Part shown: one piece after another, positions 1-12,620 of the stretch
Layout: the number at the start of each line of letters is the position of its first letter
Numbering within the stretch: position 1 is the stretch's first letter
From: Stylophora pistillata
Taxonomy: Eukaryota
Reading direction: 5' to 3'
Assembly: GCF_002571385.2 (NCBI RefSeq)
Contig: NW_019218343.1
Location: forward strand, 69,491-133,490
DNA: 64,000 nucleotides
Made by a program: the position numbers and the translations under genes
Notes under the pieces: generated by a model
Databases searched by the model: none
The model's input: the letters and a program-made list of their open reading frames with translations, nothing else
What the model was told of the DNA's origin: nothing

Positions 1-165
1 CGCAGACGCCCTTTGAAATTACTGATAATTTTGAAACCTTGAGCGAGGGCCGCCTTTTCAATAAGAATTTCTTTACTTAATCCTTCCCCTGTTATGAGAA
101 TTGTATTTATTTACATTGAAATGAAGAACGTTTCAGTTAAAGTACTTTATTTTTGGTTTCGTTAG

Positions 166-2559
166 GGTATGTCCAGGACATCCAGCTATGTTCGACACCC
201 TTCAAAGGTAAGGGACATATTTTTTTCAGTTCTTTTCCTTATTTTGTTAACGGTTATTTTGGCGTTGATGTTGATTTCTGATCAGTAGAGATTTGCTGAA
301 GCAAAGGCATATAAAAAACCAGGAAAGATTTATTGCTGCCCGATGTTTCGGAATCATCATGATTCCATTATCAAGAGACTAGTTAACTAGCATGCAACTA
401 AGGAAAGGTATGAGATAAGTATAAATTACAATAAACGGCCTAAACAAACACCTTGGCGCGGATGGAATCTGTTTGCACGTTCAGTGTTGGTTTACGCATG
501 CGAATGTATAACATTCTTTAACGAGGCAATCAAATTTGCCGCTACATTTCGTGATGATGGGAAATTGCTCAATGAAGCGTTCAGGCATTTCACTTTTGTG
601 TTGGAGGTTATAATGTTTGTAAATCGAAGATGACTTTCTAGTGTGCCCTTCTACGCGCTCATGTAAGTGACCACGTGTATAACCCACATACACTGCATCG
701 CACAGGTTACATTTCAATCCATAGACGAGACATTGTAGGTTGACAATAGGGGGCTTAATCTCGTGTCGCTTAAGTTGTTGCTCGAGCTTAGGGCTTACAA
801 ACACTGGTTGGACAGTTTAGCAGTGTTGTCGATGCTATTAGGATTTCTGTTGTTTCAGTTACAACACAAAAGTGTTTAGTGTTTTTTTATTTTTTTTTTC
901 CATTCTCTGATTATTTCTTTGTACTTTTCTCTTCCTTTACTTGCAACCTCGCAGGAAACGCAGATTCAGGCTGTTCACAATACCGCAGAAGAAGTCGGAG
1001 GAAAGGTTCGGGTGGTAAAGAAACCCCAAGTTGTAGAAAACAAAAGGAAGAAAACCGATCACGCTAAGAACAAAACAGATGGTGCAGAGGAGGCCGAGTG
1101 CCCAGTACCTACCAGCCGCACACAAGTATGTGCCTCAAACAGAATCTCCGAGGATAAGACCTACACGTATCACCAGGCCGTGACGGCTGATGGGATACCA
1201 CTATGTTTGTCCTGTAAGGGCCCAGTGGAGTTCGTAGAGACACTGAGGTGTTCAGATTGGGATACCAGATTCTGTTCGCATGACTGCAAACAGGAATATC
1301 AGGTGATTGTCAATTTTTAAGGAACTTGTTTCCGCGATTTGCGCCAGTTTTTGTCAGTTGAGTTGAACATCGATGAAGCGGTGATGCCAGTTTGCGAAAT
1401 TTGTTAGAAACCAAGAGAAAATGAGGGAACAGATGGGAATGTCTGAAAAGTATTTTCGAATTCTTTGTCACTGTGAATTGTTTCTCAAGAACTACCTTGA
1501 GTTTTCCCTTCCCCTTCGGTATGGTTTTTATAGATAAGTCATTCGCCACATTCCTGTTGATAATCCAAACAACGGTTCAAGTACAACATTCATGCAGATG
1601 TCTTTGAAAACAAACAACAAACCGCGACAAAATTTGTCGTCACATGAAATTCGCACAGTCTCCACTGAGGATGTTTTGGAAGAAGAAGTGAAATGTAAGA
1701 TGAAAAGTATTTCGCTACAATATTTCCTCTCCCTATTCCATGTTGTGGAATCACAGGAAACAAAATGCAGCATTGTTCAGGTGGTAGAGGAAGCGATCTC
1801 AAGGATGATATGTCTAATTTTTTTCGCTGGTTTAATTTTTAAAAGAGTTGCTTTTAATTTAGGTACGTGGAAGTGGTACGACGGCAAGGAGAGCTTTGTT
1901 TGAAGCAGAAAGAGGAATTTGCCAGCTGTGTTCAATGGACGCCCACAACTTGTACCAAAATGTCGTCGCGTTACCTGTCAGAGATCGGCCAAAATTCTTG
2001 GCTCAGACTCCATACTCAGCTTTGCCAAATCAAACTTTGAAGAAAATGATAATGGAGCCAAAGGAGGGAATGGTAAGCTGGATGTTTGATTATCGCTTGT
2101 TGTTTTAGGTATTAGTCTCTTAATTGCCTAAGTTTTGATTGAGTTGTCCAAAAAACTCTTTGTTGTCAATGCGCAAGAAAAGCGACCCCTTCGCCACTCC
2201 CTCCTCAGTGACCAAACAAAACTCGTCCGGCTGTCACGCATGGCTGTCACGCATGGCTGTCATACACGACTGTTACACGCGATTGCTGTGCCCTCATTTA
2301 GATGTGTCAAGTAAGACTAAACCCTCCGCAATTTAATTTTTTTTTTTTTTAATGACTACTCTAGTTCTGGGAAGCGGACCACATCACACCTGTGTCAGAG
2401 GGAGGCGGTGAATGTGGATTAGATAACCTAAGGACCCTGTGCGTCATATGCCACAGGAAGGCTACTACTGAATTAAACAAAAGACTAAAACAACGGAGGG
2501 TGCTAGAGCAGGTTGCTGGCTATGCTGATATATCAACGTTCTTTCATCCACTTACCTGA
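166..2559 (+). CDS. ZRANB3: ZRANB3 (DNA annealing helicase/HNH endonuclease), last four coding exons; 5' part lies outside the window
   Basis: GT-AG exons 166-207, 955-1302, 1863-2072 and 2365-2559 join in phase 0. Translation includes VGGKVRVVKK, PLCLSC...TRFCSHDCKQEY, ALFEAERGICQLC, the HNH motif FWEADHITPVSEGGGECGLDNLRTLCVICH and a C-terminal ADISTFF (APIM-like), as in the ZRANB3 C-terminus. Confidence 0.9.
320..830 (-). mobile_element. Penelope-like retroelement 3' fragment (GIY-YIG endonuclease plus degenerate hammerhead) in a ZRANB3 intron
   Basis: ORF 481-804 contains CLVYGLKCNLCDAVYVGYT..HLHERVEGH..SSIYKH (GIY-YIG with the CCHH pattern of PLEs). Downstream on the same strand, 341-375 reads TTGATAA-TGGAATC-ATGAT-GATTCC-GAAACATC, a hammerhead-like core. 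Confidence 0.8.
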
Positions 2560-3724
2560 GGAGGGACATCATATAATTCTAAGCCAGATAGCAAAGTGCT
2601 ATAGAGGTGAACGGCAAAGGTGTGTCGCACAGAATAAACAGGCCTTATATTAGATTTATTTTCAGTTTTGTTTCAAACTTTAAACATCTGTCCTCTATGT
2701 TGTAACTTCCTCTCTGAAGAAGAGACCAAATATGTTCCTTTTGTGTATCTCGATATTTGGAAAACAAGCTAATAAGGAAATATACCGGGGGCAAACCCGT
2801 ATTCAACTTAGCAAACAAAATACTTTTCAGAGGCTGCATTTCAAACAATCGAGACTCAGCAAATTTGATTGCTCAAGACTTGTGTGTAATTGTGTTGGGT
2901 TACGTTTAATTTCATACGGGAAAAAGATCAGGTGTGATACTTTAACTGAGGGAAAACAACCTCAAAGTAATAAATAACAAAACCATTTTTTTGTGTTTTT
3001 ATTGAAAGTTTTGTTATCATTTTGGCACGAAACAGTAAAATATATATAGCGAGATACTAAAGAAAAAATTTTTTACGAAATAATATTGAATGGTGATTTT
3101 CACCAAATTATCAGATGCTAAAGTGGCTGTGATAACCTCAAAATAATCAGTAACAACATTTTTGTTTGTTTTTTTTTTTAATTGAAATTTGTTTTATCAT
3201 TTTTGACACGAGATAATAAAATTATATTTTTTATTTAATTATTAAAGACATTGTAACACATTTTTTTTCGATATTCAAACATTTGATCATAATTTTTGTT
3301 ATAATTTTTTGTGATTATGGTGAATAAAGGATTATTTTCATTTAACTTAAAGAAAACTGTTTTCACGAAATAGTATTGAATGATGCTGTTACAAAATTAT
3401 ATGAAATTAAAGTTGCTGTAAAAGAAAATATAATATGACACAAATTTACCTACCAGATAGGGATGATTTAACGTGGAATGATGTATAATAAAGGAAAATA
3501 AGTGAAATTGTTTTTGCTACTGTCATTTATTTATTTATTTATTGGTTAGCCTCGATCGAGAATTACTCTTTTTTAACGTACTTGTGAACACAAACGTGGA
3601 CATTTCTACGGTAAGAAAGCACGTATAGCTTAACTTATAACTTGATGTTTTCCAACTTTCTCTTCGTCACACCAAGAGTTATAACGCAACACGTCCTTGC
3701 GCGTGACAAAGGAACAACGTTCTA

Positions 3725-5805
3725 CTACATGTAAGATATACTTCTACCGAATGACGGTCGAATTGTAGATCCAGGTATCGAATGTCGGAAAGAAGTTTCC
3801 TTCAGCTTGTCGGTGTTTCCTTCCAACCCATCGAGCAAACTCTCGCTCTTGATACGTTGGATTGTGGCTCTCAGTTGAATGAACTGCCTTGTGAGGTACT
3901 TATCCTGATGCCGCATATCAGCCTGTTAAGACACAGTGGAATTTAGGTTAGACTTATGAGCCTAGTCCCCCACTTCCACTTTGGCGAGTTCGCCCCTGCA
4001 GTAAAACAATAGTCTGAACACGACCCCGAACCGAATGTCTCCTTCTGTCGGAGCTCACCCGGTTTCCGTAGCATCAAGCAACCGGGATTGTTGTTAATCC
4101 CCCACCCCTGGATTAGATGATGCCGGCTCATGGCAGGTTACAGCCAGCATGTAGTCTACTTTACCCTTTACTAACAGTTCAGAACTAGCCATAAGTATTC
4201 CTGGGTAGGGAGGGGCACCGAGAGAGCAAAGTTTCAGGCCAAAAAGTGAAGTGCAACGATGTGATCAGGCCTCGAACCCGGACCTTCCATCCCCGGCGTC
4301 CTGCTTAGGTCGTGCTCAATGTTTTCATGTAGAAGTGGCAATAGCTGCTGCTCGGTATTTGCGCAAAATTCCGTATTTGTTGAAACATTAGACACCTCGA
4401 TATACCTCTTAATTCAGCTGAAGTGACACCTCTCGATATTTGCTTGTTTTCATTGAAAAGTAATAACCGTTACAAAAAAAAATTAGATTTCGTTTGCATT
4501 TTTTCATGATGTACTTTGATAATGCCAGCCTCATTATACCATCTATGCCCCTCCCAGCTCCAATCCTATTCTTAGGTCCGAAATTTTCCAAACCCAGAAC
4601 GTTTTCATACAACACTTATCATGAACTTGGCGAAGTGAGATTGAGCGACAGATTGAACTGAAGGTCAATTAGTTTGAGTGTACAAGATACCGTGTTGCTA
4701 GTGTGTTTTCCTAAGGAGGTATTCCGACAGCATTTAATTAGCAGTGCTTGATTCGCTAAGAGGATTACGTGATTACGTTATTAAGCTTACCAGCTCTTGT
4801 AATAAATCAAATTTTGTCGAACTTTCATTTTCATAATTAGCATGTTTTCGCTGTGAATAACATAACTCTGTCGTTAATTTACACAACTGACGTCTACCGA
4901 TATTGCACTATTATTCTTTCTGTTTCTACAGACAGACACGGTATTGTCCATGGTTATTGATCATTAATTACTTTTATCGTCATAAGAAAAAAAAATCACC
5001 ATTATGTCGACTAGTCATGTCTTTCATCTCAATGTTTTTTCAAAACGTAAAAATTATTGCAACAGATTTTGTTCCTCGTTGCGCTTGTATAATATAAGAG
5101 TTGCTTTGTTTTTGTTTCGTTGACTTCTTGATCAAGTGATTGGTCTCGGGTATTACAGTACTTCTAAATTATCAGCCGAGTATTTCCACCTTTTTCTAGA
5201 CAGGTGAAGAAATTTAAAACATAAATTCTAAATTTTTTAGGCCAGGAGATATTTTCCAAGTCTTTCTACGATGTTGATCTGTGTCAAGGCCTTATCTGTG
5301 ACTATTGTTACATCAAGCATGTCACGGATCGGAAACGATGAAGACTTTCGCGACATTGTAATCAAAACTGCAGAAACATAAACAGCCCCTCGAGGGAAAA
5401 TAAAAGAGTAAAAAGTTTCGACCTGCCTGATGTAAAAATATACGAGTTTTATCTAAAGCATCTTTATAATTCGAGATTTTACAATTATTTCAAAGAAATA
5501 CCACATCCACTTCAGCTTCACGTTACCTGATCCGCTAAACAAAATATATTTCCAACACAATTTTCGTAATCTTTAGACGAATTTTTTTAACCTACCAATT
5601 CCTTTCGGATCCACAAAATCGCTGCTTCTAGACGAGACTCTCTTTCCTCGCTTGTCCCTTCAGAATTAATAACAGGAACAGAATCCGCTTTTGGCATTTC
5701 TATTTCTACTTCATTCGACGATCCCGATTTCAAAATATTCCATGTGTATACTTTCATATACGGAAAAGAATGGCGTTTGGCAAACTGAAGTCGTTCTTCG
5801 TCCAT
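3725..5805 (-). CDS. FAM167/AARD-family coiled-coil protein, 2 exons, ~135 aa
   Basis: Exon 1 is 5805-5596 (GT donor at 5595) and exon 2 is 3922-3725 (AG acceptor), phase 0. The junction gives LEAAILWIRKEL-ADMRHQDKYLTRQFIQLRATIQRIK, matching the FAM167 signature (L.W.R.EL.EMR.QD..L..Q...LR..I..LK). Confidence 0.8.
4040..4300 (-). mobile_element. Degenerate tRNA-derived SINE-like repeat in the FAM167-like intron
   Basis: Minus strand has a B-box-like GGTTCGAGGCC at ~4269-4279, followed by a body I recognise as a common anthozoan interspersed repeat. Boundaries are approximate. Confidence 0.4.
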
Positions 5806-7011
5806 CTCTGTGTATGTTACCCAAAAAGGCTAGGTGTTCTCCGCTAAAAGTTGATGAATTTAGAAATACTATCGTGGAGAACTTTGTTTTTTTTTTTTGC
5901 TTGGAGTTGTCAAGTGAAGAAAAAGATTAGGTCCATAAGAGGCTTTGAACGAGCACGTTCCTCACGCCGCTATTGTTTATATTCAAGACACTGGTGGTTA
6001 ACATTTGCATATGGAAAGCAAAACATACTAGGCGATAGGTACTGTGCTTGACATCTGTCGCAAGATTATAATCTTTTCATTACCCAAAAGGGAGGCCATT
6101 GTGTTCATGGACTGTCTGAATTACGAATGAATACTACTCGAAAAAACCTTGTGAAGGAATATAATCAGTTGCTCCTAGATAATAAGTTGAGACTCACAGA
6201 AACCGAATTCACAGGTTTTAAAAATCATTTATTTATAACAGTGAAGTACAATACAATGTAGTTACTTCGCATCACCTGTCGTACATTGATTGAAGACTTG
6301 AAAACGAGTGCGGTTTTGAACTGCTTTCCATTAAGGCCTGATACACTTATGCATTCGTTGATTTTGGGATGCCAATTGAATTTGGTAAAACACGCTGAGC
6401 CCATGCGGCACTTCGGTGCAAAAGAAAAAAGATGGAATCAGTTATACCCGCGCTAGTTCTATTATTTTTCCATTTCTTAATTGATAAAATTCCAGCAAAA
6501 AAAAAAAATAAAAAAAATAAAAAAATGGTACCCTCCACATTTTGATTTAAGTGAAAAAACACTCCACTCATTTACGTCAAAATTACCTCGACCCTTGTTA
6601 ATTTGGCGGATTTGATTCATCGCGTTCTGACAATTCTCACATTCTACTTCACTTGTGGCTCTGAACTACTTGAGCAAATTTTCTTTTCAGTTCTCTTGGG
6701 GACATTTAATCAGTCCTGCTGTCCTGTTTGCTTTTGTCTTCTTATTTGTTTGAGTTTTTCGGTTGGGAGTTTTTGTTATGTTTGTTTCTTTGTTTTGCTC
6801 CTTGGAGCTTTTCCTTCTTACCCAGTCTACTTCGCGGACGGGTGCACTGGTGCGCTACTTACTCACGTTCTCCTCTTGGCGGCCGCTAAGCCATCTCTCT
6901 CTCTTGTGACGGTTTGCCCCTCTGTTGATTTGTTCTCGATGTTTCCGCCTTTGCCAACCAAATATCTATCTTCTTTTCTCTCTTTCTTAAACACTTCTGC
7001 ACTCTCTCTGG

Positions 7012-7014
7012 CTG

Positions 7015-7069
<55 letters not shown>

Positions 7070-7078
7070 AGTCTCTCA
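7012..7078. repeat. (CT)n microsatellite
   Basis: Run of TC dinucleotides seen directly. Confidence 0.95.
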
Positions 7079-7393
7079 GACTTCTGAGGTTCCTCCACTC
7101 ACATCATCAAAATGACAAAATACTATTATTACTCAGCTTCTTAAAGTTAATATTTTAACGATTGCCGTAGTGATAAGAATTCAAAACATTTATTGCTTTT
7201 TCAAGCACCCAATAATTACGAAAACCACAAAATAATGGTTTCCTAAAATAGCAGGAACTAAAACGGTAATTAGCATATGATATCATGAAGGAGACTACAG
7301 TTCTTGTTCTTCGCTTGGCCATCGTCCTTTGTTGCTGTGTGCATGGCAGCTGATATGCCATGATTCCTAGAGTTTCTCCCTCAAACCTAGAAA

Positions 7394-8320
7394 ATGAATG
7401 GCTCTATTGATTTTACTACCGCAAACAAGACTACCGAAATTCGTCAAGTCTCAACTTTTGGTCTTACTACGTTCCTTATCACAGCGATTTTTCTTCTACC
7501 GGCTGGTATCGTTGGGAACGTAATGGTCATTTTAGTGGTGAGAAAGAAACGATATCTTCGAACCAAAACGAACTTTTTACTTGCAAACTTGGCGACGTGT
7601 GACTTGGTGTCAAATGTTCTTGGATACACATGGGGAATAGCGAGAGCTTTTCCCATTCCAAAGATTACACTTGGTGTCATAATTTGCAAGATTAACTCAT
7701 TCTATCCTGCTGCATCTGGGTGTTCTGTACTAATACTGACTATCATCGCTCTGGAACGCTATGGCGCCATTGTGAAACCTCTCAACAGTCGACGCAAGTT
7801 GAAAAAGCGGACCCTTCGCTATTTCATCATAGCCATTTGGATCTTTACCATAGCCGCAGTGATTCCTTTGGTTTACTTTTCTGACTACAATGTTAGCTCG
7901 ACTTACGAATGTGAAAGAACTTGGAGTATAACTGCCAAAACTACATTCTGGACAACTGCGTTTACGATTTTCATTGTTGTGCCTCTTCTAGTTATGTTAT
8001 TCTGCTATGCTCATATTATACGTGCGCTGTATTTCGGAGCTAGGATTGTGCCGATGAATATCCCAGCTGAAGTCGATGCCAGGGAGAAGAAAAGGGTGAT
8101 AAAAATGTCCATTATAGTGACTGTTGTGTTCATTGTAGCCTTCACACCGTTTGTAGTTGTGAAAGAACTTGAGATGCGAATTCCTTTATCGAACGGAGTC
8201 AAAGTGTTATCTCTCTTATCTGTACTGCTCTCTTCTATCTTAAATCCATTCATTTATGCTTTCCAAAGCTCTAACTACCGCCATGCCTTCAAAGAGATCA
8301 TATGTGTATTACAAAGATAG
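7394..8320 (+). CDS. Intronless class A (rhodopsin-like) GPCR, peptide-receptor-like, 308 aa
   Basis: Seven hydrophobic segments with TM1 GN, TM2 LANLATCD, TM3 C...ALERY, TM4 W, an ECL2 Cys, TM5 P..Y, TM6 FIVAFTP and TM7 NPFIY; N-terminal N-glycosylation sequons (NGS, NKT). Confidence 0.95.
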   Translation: MNGSIDFTTANKTTEIRQVSTFGLTTFLITAIFLLPAGIVGNVMVILVVRKKRYLRTKTNFLLANLATCDLVSNVLGYTWGIARAFPIPKITLGVIICKINSFYPAASGCSVLILTIIALERYGAIVKPLNSRRKLKKRTLRYFIIAIWIFTIAAVIPLVYFSDYNVSSTYECERTWSITAKTTFWTTAFTIFIVVPLLVMLFCYAHIIRALYFGARIVPMNIPAEVDAREKKRVIKMSIIVTVVFIVAFTPFVVVKELEMRIPLSNGVKVLSLLSVLLSSILNPFIYAFQSSNYRHAFKEIICVLQR

Positions 8321-11300
8321 TTGTCTGAAATGTTATAGACTCAGTGAAATGTTATTTTGTCAGAAGTTTCAGATTATATTTTGATATCTGTATTAGCACT
8401 ACGATGAAAAGTGAATGAAATTATAGATTTATAAAAAAGATAATTAAGAGCCATTTACTCGAGTATAAATGCCAGCTCTTCAAAGCGCAAAACAAAAAAT
8501 TAGAAAAAAAAAAAAACTGGGGAACAAATTGATTTAAATTATTTCAGTTCATTTAGGATATAGTAAAGCCAATATTCTTAAGTCGTGACTCGGCAACAAG
8601 CAAAATGTCGCCCACTTCCTACTCGCGTAATATTTTTAATTGCAAAGAAAGAATATATTTTATATGATGAGATATTGGTACCATACGAAAACGTCAATAA
8701 TATCTACCGAGCAGTTATTTATTTCCAAAGTCAAGAAAAGTAATAAGGTAAATCGATAAATCGTCTGTCTTACGAAACAGGGTCATTTCCGATTGCGACG
8801 GCTGTCATCCTGTTCCTTTTTCGTCGGACGATCCACGTTTAAGAGTGAGTCTATATCGTGAGACAAACGTAGATGTTTTTATTTATTATTATGACACAAT
8901 GAGTGACTAGAATGATCACCACTCCCAAGTACACGATTTTTTTGAATACTTCAAGTTTTGGTGCTGACGAGTAGAATGTTGGGCTCATTTTGACACAGAG
9001 ATGAATGAACTGTTATGAATCAGGTAGATTTTGATGACTGCAGAATGTAGCGCTAACTTCAAAGGTGGCTAAGTGTGGGGTAATCACTTAATCGAGACCT
9101 AAAAATAAGAAAAAGAACAAAATAATTGGGTTGATGCACCTCTAAATTTATTTTCGTAACCAATACACAGTATTAAAGTCTAACTTCTCTAAAAAGGACA
9201 CCAAAGGGGACATAGCGAAGTGTTTGTATTAAAGAAATGTTCATGTTATAGAGAATGACTTCACGCCTTCGATTTTTTAGCGACCATGGTATTTTTACCT
9301 ACAGACTATATGATTGCTGTATTTGGTATTGGCTCTCAGTTTATCCTGTTACCGTTGTTATTAATTTTCTTAAGATCGGTGGGGTAGCCATGCATTTGTC
9401 TACTTAACAAATACATTTCATGTTGCCGTGTACCTGTTCATTCATCAAATACTTTTGCTCACGTACGATTGGTCTAAACGCATCACTTGATCGAATTATG
9501 CCGCTACATTTTTAACTGGGAAATATCCGGTGATATTCCCCATGTGATATTCCAAAATTTTCAAACCTTAAGTCCATCACGATTAAAGTCTTCGTTTCAA
9601 ATTTGATACAAGGTGAGAGAGTGTTTTGCTGTTGCCACATGTAATCATACCGAAGAAAGGACATATTTGTATTTTCATGAATCGTGCCATAAATTTGTTA
9701 ACTGAAAAGAGAACAACCCACGCATGTTTGAAGGATAATAAACACTATAGTCTCCATTCTGCGGGAGAATATGTACCCTTGAACATTAGCTGCTCCTCGA
9801 AGCTCGCAGTTTTCCTCGAGCTTCGCACGCGGTGAACTATTCATTTATCGGGCCAGATAATGGCCGCGGACAAAACTCCAAGAATATTTTTAGGCTAAAT
9901 GGAGACGATTGTTTCTATAGATCTCGGCAGATGATGCCTAAATGTGGTAGGAACAAAATGGTGGCTGACACGAGGGTGAGCCAAGTGGGTTACTGATATC
10001 TACAATTGTACAGACTCACAGCATCTTGGAACCTGTTTGTTTCATAGTTAAAACGCAAATTGTTGTTAATGGTGACGTCAACTCTGCGTCTGTTCTCCAA
10101 CAGATCATAAGTAAGACTTAATCAAAATGCTTGTTTTTACTTCAGCTTCTCATATAAAACCTTATCATACCTTCTTCGGGATTGTGGTAGTAAAGGTGTG
10201 CAACCATGCGACCAACCCCCACCCCCCCCGAGTCTCTATGGAAACATTTTATTACTCCAACCTCCACGAAAAGAGATCCAAATTCCCCAAATGGCATCTG
10301 AGAATTTCAAAAAGCTTCTTCGATTGGGTTGCGAACGGAAAGGTCCAATCGTCGACTACTACTGATTACACCAGACTCGCAACGTGATCGCATGCATCAA
10401 CTTTCAGTCAACACGATTTAACTGGACAGACAATCAAATTTGACCCCTTTGTTCCCTACGCAAACTGACGATTTGCCACAATTTGAACAGAATTAGGGCC
10501 TCCTCATTAGAAATCTCTCTCCTAGAGAAAACATCTTTTTGCGGCCAATTGTCAAAGCTTAACCTTTGACAATTGGCCGCCAAAGCCCAGCTGCGTGCAA
10601 AGATTCTAGCGACAAATTTACCGTCTTACAATTCTTGCCTAATCTGTAATTAATGCGGAAACACATCCGGACCGGCAGTGAAACTTTAGAGTTTTCTCGA
10701 TGAAAATCGCTTTGTTATTATTATTTTAAATTTAAAACCCACTCGGCTGAAAGGTTTTACTGTTTTCTTAAGCTTCCTGAAATTTTTGGCTGGGTATAAG
10801 ATATATGATCACCAGAAATTGAATTCCGTTCAACGAATCGACTTTCTCCCGTGTATGTATGAAAAAAAATTGTATACTCGGTGATCGATACGAAGCCAAA
10901 AATCTCCAAGCGATTATTTTCCATCAAAAAAATCCCAATCGTAAAATCCATAGCCATGAAAAAGTAGGCAATTCAGTGTTTTTACATAGATTTTTGAACT
11001 AAAAGCCAAAAGATGCTTTGAGTTCTTTAAATGAATGAAACAAAATATGGTATCGCGCAGGAGTCCCATTACTAAGTAATGGGCTCCTGTTGCGCGTGAT
11101 TAGCAGATTCAGTTAACAGAGGGAAACACATCTTGGGAGCGTTTTTTCACTTTGCTGATAGGCCAAGATACTGAATTTTGCGGCAAAATAACGTCCAAAT
11201 ACGTTGAATGTTGTTGGATTTGCATTTATGCTCACCGTGATTCTGAAAGGAGAGAACTCAGACGGTGTTAACTGAATTAGGACGAGGATCTCTTGTTACC

Positions 11301-12089
11301 ACCTAGTCCCACTTCCCCTCCCCTCCCCTCCCCCTACCGTGCGTATCTGAAACTGTTATTGTTGCCGGATTGTTGGGATGACGTTACTTCGTAGATATGA
11401 ACTTCCGAAGAGAAACCTGAGCGTAAAATAACTCAACACTACACAATTGTGATAAGCGATGAGTGCGTGGTGATAAAATTTCCTCCTTTTCTGAGTACTT
11501 GGCATCGTTTCTCTTGTCACAAGGAACTCTCGTGAAACCCACAAGAGATCATCGATGACTTATTGACCGGCATATGTCAATCAATTAGCGTGACGGTTCC
11601 AAAACAAGTTTTGCAGGAAATTTATTTGATGATCGCCAACAGGATTTTACACTATATTGAACTTTTACCAGTATGAGTATCCTAGATTCCGATTTTCAAA
11701 CACGTTTACGATCTGTACTTATAAATAAATAATACGCAACTTGTATTCACAGACTAGGTTCTCCACATGTCTTAGACCCGATGTAAATACAGGCCATGTA
11801 TTTATCATTGATAAGGTTACGTTACCAAACATTCTATGCCTACGGGCGGTGAAATGAAAGCCAAAGTAACATGGCGAAACCTTGGGAAAAATGTTTTATT
11901 CTCCTGTTTTAGACCTAGGTATACTTAGTGGAACGTGTCTTTTGCCAGCTCTGATTACGAGACAACGAAACATGACATCGTGGTTTGTACTACATTTTGT
12001 CTCAAAAGACAATGGGAGCTCCTTTCGCCATATTTTATGACTCCACTTAAACGATCGTTCATGTAATATATGTCAAATTGGTAAAAACT

Positions 12090-12620
12090 TCACATCGAAG
12101 AAAACCTTTGTCTTCCTTTCTGTCCTAATTGAGTCGGCTCCTTGGCTTGCTGCCCTGGGCTTATGCCATTGTGCTTGCGTAGATCTTCTAACGCACCATA
12201 TGAAAAACTGTTCGGCCGCAAGCAGTTGTCTTCGCCACCTCTGTAGACTTCGTCACAATAATTTTGGGTCAGGGATTTTGCGAGCCATGTTAGATATTTC
12301 ATGCTCTCCATTACGGCTTTGATGTGCAAACGGAAGCATCCCTCAGCCGACGTGGGCTTTCCTGTCGTCAATTCTTCCTTGATATCTAGAAGCATGTGAT
12401 AAGTTCCGAATAGCCCCGAGTCCTCCAATTCTTTTCCAGGCTTTACCATAGAATTATCAGTCGATGTCGAGCATTGGCACTTTCCAGATGGAAGCTCATT
12501 CTCCTCCGGGATGTCCACAAGTCGATGGGGCACCAATACTGTGTTATTCATCTCATCTATCGCTTTGAAGAATTCGTTAAGGATATCTGGTAGATTTTCA
12601 CGGCTTGCCATTTTACACAC
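12090..12620 (-). CDS. Spot14 / MID1-interacting protein 1 (MID1IP1/THRSP) family protein, single coding exon
   Basis: N-terminal FFKAIDEMNNTVLVPHRLVDI, central LFGTYHMLLDIKEEL and C-terminal FRLHIKAVMESMKYLTWLAKSLTQNY match the three helices of the Spot14 family. Confidence 0.85.
   Translation of the reverse strand: MCKMASRENLPDILNEFFKAIDEMNNTVLVPHRLVDIPEENELPSGKCQCSTSTDNSMVKPGKELEDSGLFGTYHMLLDIKEELTTGKPTSAEGCFRLHIKAVMESMKYLTWLAKSLTQNYCDEVYRGGEDNCLRPNSFSYGALEDLRKHNGISPGQQAKEPTQLGQKGRQRFSSM

Noticed and set aside
6603-7115. 170-aa hydrophobic ORF and the opposite-strand ER-repeat ORF
   Set aside because: Driven by a CT microsatellite and T-rich low complexity; non-ATG start on the plus-strand ORF and no recognisable domain.
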